The position numbers were made by a program, and so were the translations under genes. Below, piece after piece: positions 61,357-64,000 of a stretch of DNA of 64,000 nucleotides (position 1 is its first letter; each line of letters opens with the position of its first letter). The notes under the pieces are model-generated. The model saw only the letters and a program-made list of their open reading frames with translations. It was not told where the DNA came from and ran no database searches. The stretch lies in NCBI RefSeq assembly GCF_040938485.1, contig NW_027271714.1, positions 124,001 through 188,000 of the forward strand, read 5' to 3'. The stretch comes from Diadema antillarum. Taxonomy: Eukaryota.

Positions 61357-63300
61357 TTTCATTTCATTTCATTTCATTTCATTTTATTTCATTCTTCTCC
61401 TTTTTCCAACAGAACATAACACAGAATGAATTAGGAATCATATCACAATCGTATACATACAACTTGCAAATGATATCAAATGATACAATAATAAAGTTAC
61501 CTATATATGCATGTATACTTGCAAAATAATACAAGGTTATGTTTCAGTTGGAAAAAAAAAGAGAACTGAGAGGTCCACTAAAAAGCAAGCTTGTAGATTG
61601 TGAACCACTCAAAAAAATCTAATGAAATACTTATTTGCATATGCGTAGCACAAGTACAATTTAAGACAAGACGGAACAAAATAGGAGACACACAGCAACA
61701 TGACACGACTAGACAGAATAGATGGAAAAATGGAAGGAAGGAAGGAAGGAAGAAAGAGAATGCCCACACGCTGATCAAGGAAACGAAAGAGGGAATTGAC
61801 GAGGTGCTTCAAATAGCTGGTGGCTGCATACAGCCGTGCAGAGATTATGATGGCTATTTCGTTATAATAATAAATTCAGAGATTAATTAATTGATTGATG
61901 GTTGGATGATGAACCCTGTGATTATTGGGACTTGGTTAATAAAAACGAAACATCAGAGAGGGTTTAACAGAAAGGATTTCAACTTCCGCTTAAAAGAATA
62001 CAAAGAAGGAGAATTTTTTATTTCGCAACTTAATGAATTCCAGAATCTAGGGCCTGTGTATATAAATGTATTCTGAGCCGATAATGTTCTCGAAAGGGGT
62101 AAATGAAACTCAGTACATTGCCTGGTGGGATAATTATGAAAAAACTGATTCCATGTAAACATTGAATTGAATATACAGGGAAGTGCATTTGCGTTGAAAT
62201 TAAACATAAACTGTCCAAGTTGAAAAAACAAATCTTTAGTTTTTAAAATCTTAATTTTAGTGAATAATGGATCTGTATGAGAACGTGGCGGGACGCCACA
62301 AATAACACGAAGTGCCTTTTTTTGCAATAACAGTAATCTATCTAATAAAGTTTGATGAGCGCTACCCCATGCTAAAAGACCGTAATTAAGATAAGGTAAA
62401 ATTAAAGAGGAATACAACGTCAGCAAAGAAGACAATGGAATATGAAACTTAAGTCTATTAATGACACCAATATTACGTGAAATTATTGTGCTAATGTTAA
62501 TAATATGTGACCTCCATGAAAGTTTATCGTCTACTGTAATCCCAAGAAATTTTATATGAGATACGTGTTCTAATTGAGTGTCATCAAAAATAATCTCTCT
62601 ACGTAAAACTTCCATAGAATTACGAAATAACATATAATTAGTTTTCAAAAGATTAAGAGATAATTTATTAGCTCTTATCCACTGGGTCACTTTTTTCAAT
62701 TCGAAATTAACAATCTGCACGAGTTTATCAGGATTTTGATGTGAAAAGAAAATATTTGAATCATCAGCAAAAAGTATAAATGACAACACGTCGGATGATC
62801 TGCAAATATCATTAATATAGATGATAAAAAGCAAAGGTCCTAATAAGCTACCCTGTGGGACGCCACACTTAATGATTTCGAGACTTGAAACGTTCTCGTT
62901 CAGAGATACGTATTGTTTGCGGTTTTGCAGGTAGCTCCTGAACCACTCCAAGGCCTACCCCCTTCCTTATTCCGTAATGAGACAACTTGCAAAGTAAAAT
63001 TTCATGATTTATTGTATCGAAGGCCTTGGAAAAATCCAGGAATATACCAATTAGATGAGAATGATTATCAATAGTATGCGCTGCGTGGTCGATAAACTTC
63101 AAAAGGGCATGAATGGTACTGTGTTTCTGATGAAATCCAAATTGAGAATTTGTAAAAACACTATGAAAAGTTAAAAAATTAATTGTTCTTCCAAAATTTT
63201 AGATAAAGATGAAAGCAAAGAAAATGGGCCTGTAATTACTCATATCAGAACCATCTCCTTTTTTAAATAAAGGGAAAACCCCACATGATATAGATCTATT
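61357..63300 (-). mobile_element. Degenerate LINE (RT + 3' UTR + (GAAAT)n tail)
   Basis: Frameshifted RT pieces FLDFSKAFDTINH, GVPQGSLLGPLLF, LFADDSN, FLGITVD, PSLYSFKRKLK. The tail reads (tttca)n at 61357-61392 on the + strand. Confidence 0.88.
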
Positions 63301-63564
63301 AAAAATATGTAAAAGTGGATCATAAAAAATATGTGAGTGGATCATTAAAAATATGTGAAATTGGATCATTAAAAATATGTGAAAGTGGATCATTAAAAAT
63401 ATGTGAAAGTGGATCAATTAAAATTATGTGAAAGTGGATCATTAAAAATATGTGAAAGTGGATCAATTAAAAATATGTGAAAGTGGATCATAAAAATATG
63501 TGAAATTGGATCATTAAAAATATGTGAAAGTGGATCAATTAAAAATATGTGAAAATGGATCACT
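63301..63564. repeat. 24-bp minisatellite (about 11 copies of aaaaatatgtgaaagtggatcatt) derived from LINE ORF2
   Basis: Directly visible tandem units of 23-25 bp. The reverse complement encodes NDPLSHIF and the array abuts ...IFNRSISCGVFP of the adjacent LINE. Confidence 0.9.
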
Positions 63565-64000
63565 TTACAGTTCCACTTTGCGCATGAGCAGGAAAAGGTC
63601 ATTTGTACAATCAGGCATGTTGGTTTTATAATTCACTGAGATAAAGCATTCCGATGTAATGATTATTCATGTAACCCTTGTAAATGGTGCTTACTGGCAC
63701 ATCCACCTGACAACAAGCCTGGTATCTAGCAATGTTGGTAAAAAAAGTTTGTTTATGCATTCAGCATAAAACAATGAAATGAATGCCTGCCGAAGTGTCA
63801 ATTGACAGACCATTCTTGTCACCTGCTCAGCATAGATTTATTCTTTGTTTGAATGTGAACTCCATAAATAATTGTGGGCATGCTTTAATATGCTTCATGC
63901 TGCTTTGAATATGAATGAAGTGCCTAACCAATTGAGAAAGAAGAAAGGTCATTCGTACTAATGTGCCCATGAGCTAACTGTGAACTGGCTTATAAGAATA

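Noticed and set aside
63199-63602. Repetitive ORFs (IHFHIFLM..., DPLSHIF) and a regular 24-bp repeat resembling a CRISPR array
   Set aside because: The units are directly adjacent with no unique spacers, the context is eukaryotic and no cas genes are present. It is a LINE-derived minisatellite.

Overview
Eukaryotic, intron-rich, AT-rich animal DNA. The repeat landscape and protein similarities suggest an invertebrate deuterostome, probably an echinoderm (inference). I reconstructed six genes by hand from GT-AG splice sites with consistent intron phases. In order: the 5' part of PEX14 (minus, continues beyond the left edge); a 3-exon, 90-aa neuropeptide precursor (plus); SCLY (minus, 12 exons, 420 aa); an ARSB-type arylsulfatase (plus, 7 coding exons, 512 aa); a galactose-3-O-sulfotransferase-like gene (minus, about 400 aa); and a type-B carboxylesterase (plus, 8 exons, 575 aa). 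Introns and intergenic DNA carry two LINE reverse-transcriptase remnants, many MITE/HINE-type elements, microsatellites and a 170-N gap. The standout is the neuropeptide gene, which the ORF track misses because it is split across exons. It encodes signal peptide + acidic spacer + KR + GSSSSSGCRFWKILC-stop, a cyclic peptide with the FWK pharmacophore of somatostatin/urotensin II in an allatostatin-C-sized ring. It lies head-to-head with PEX14, the gene next to cortistatin (CORT-DFFA-PEX14) in vertebrates. Whether this peptide has already been described could not be checked. No rRNA, tRNA or CRISPR array is supportable.
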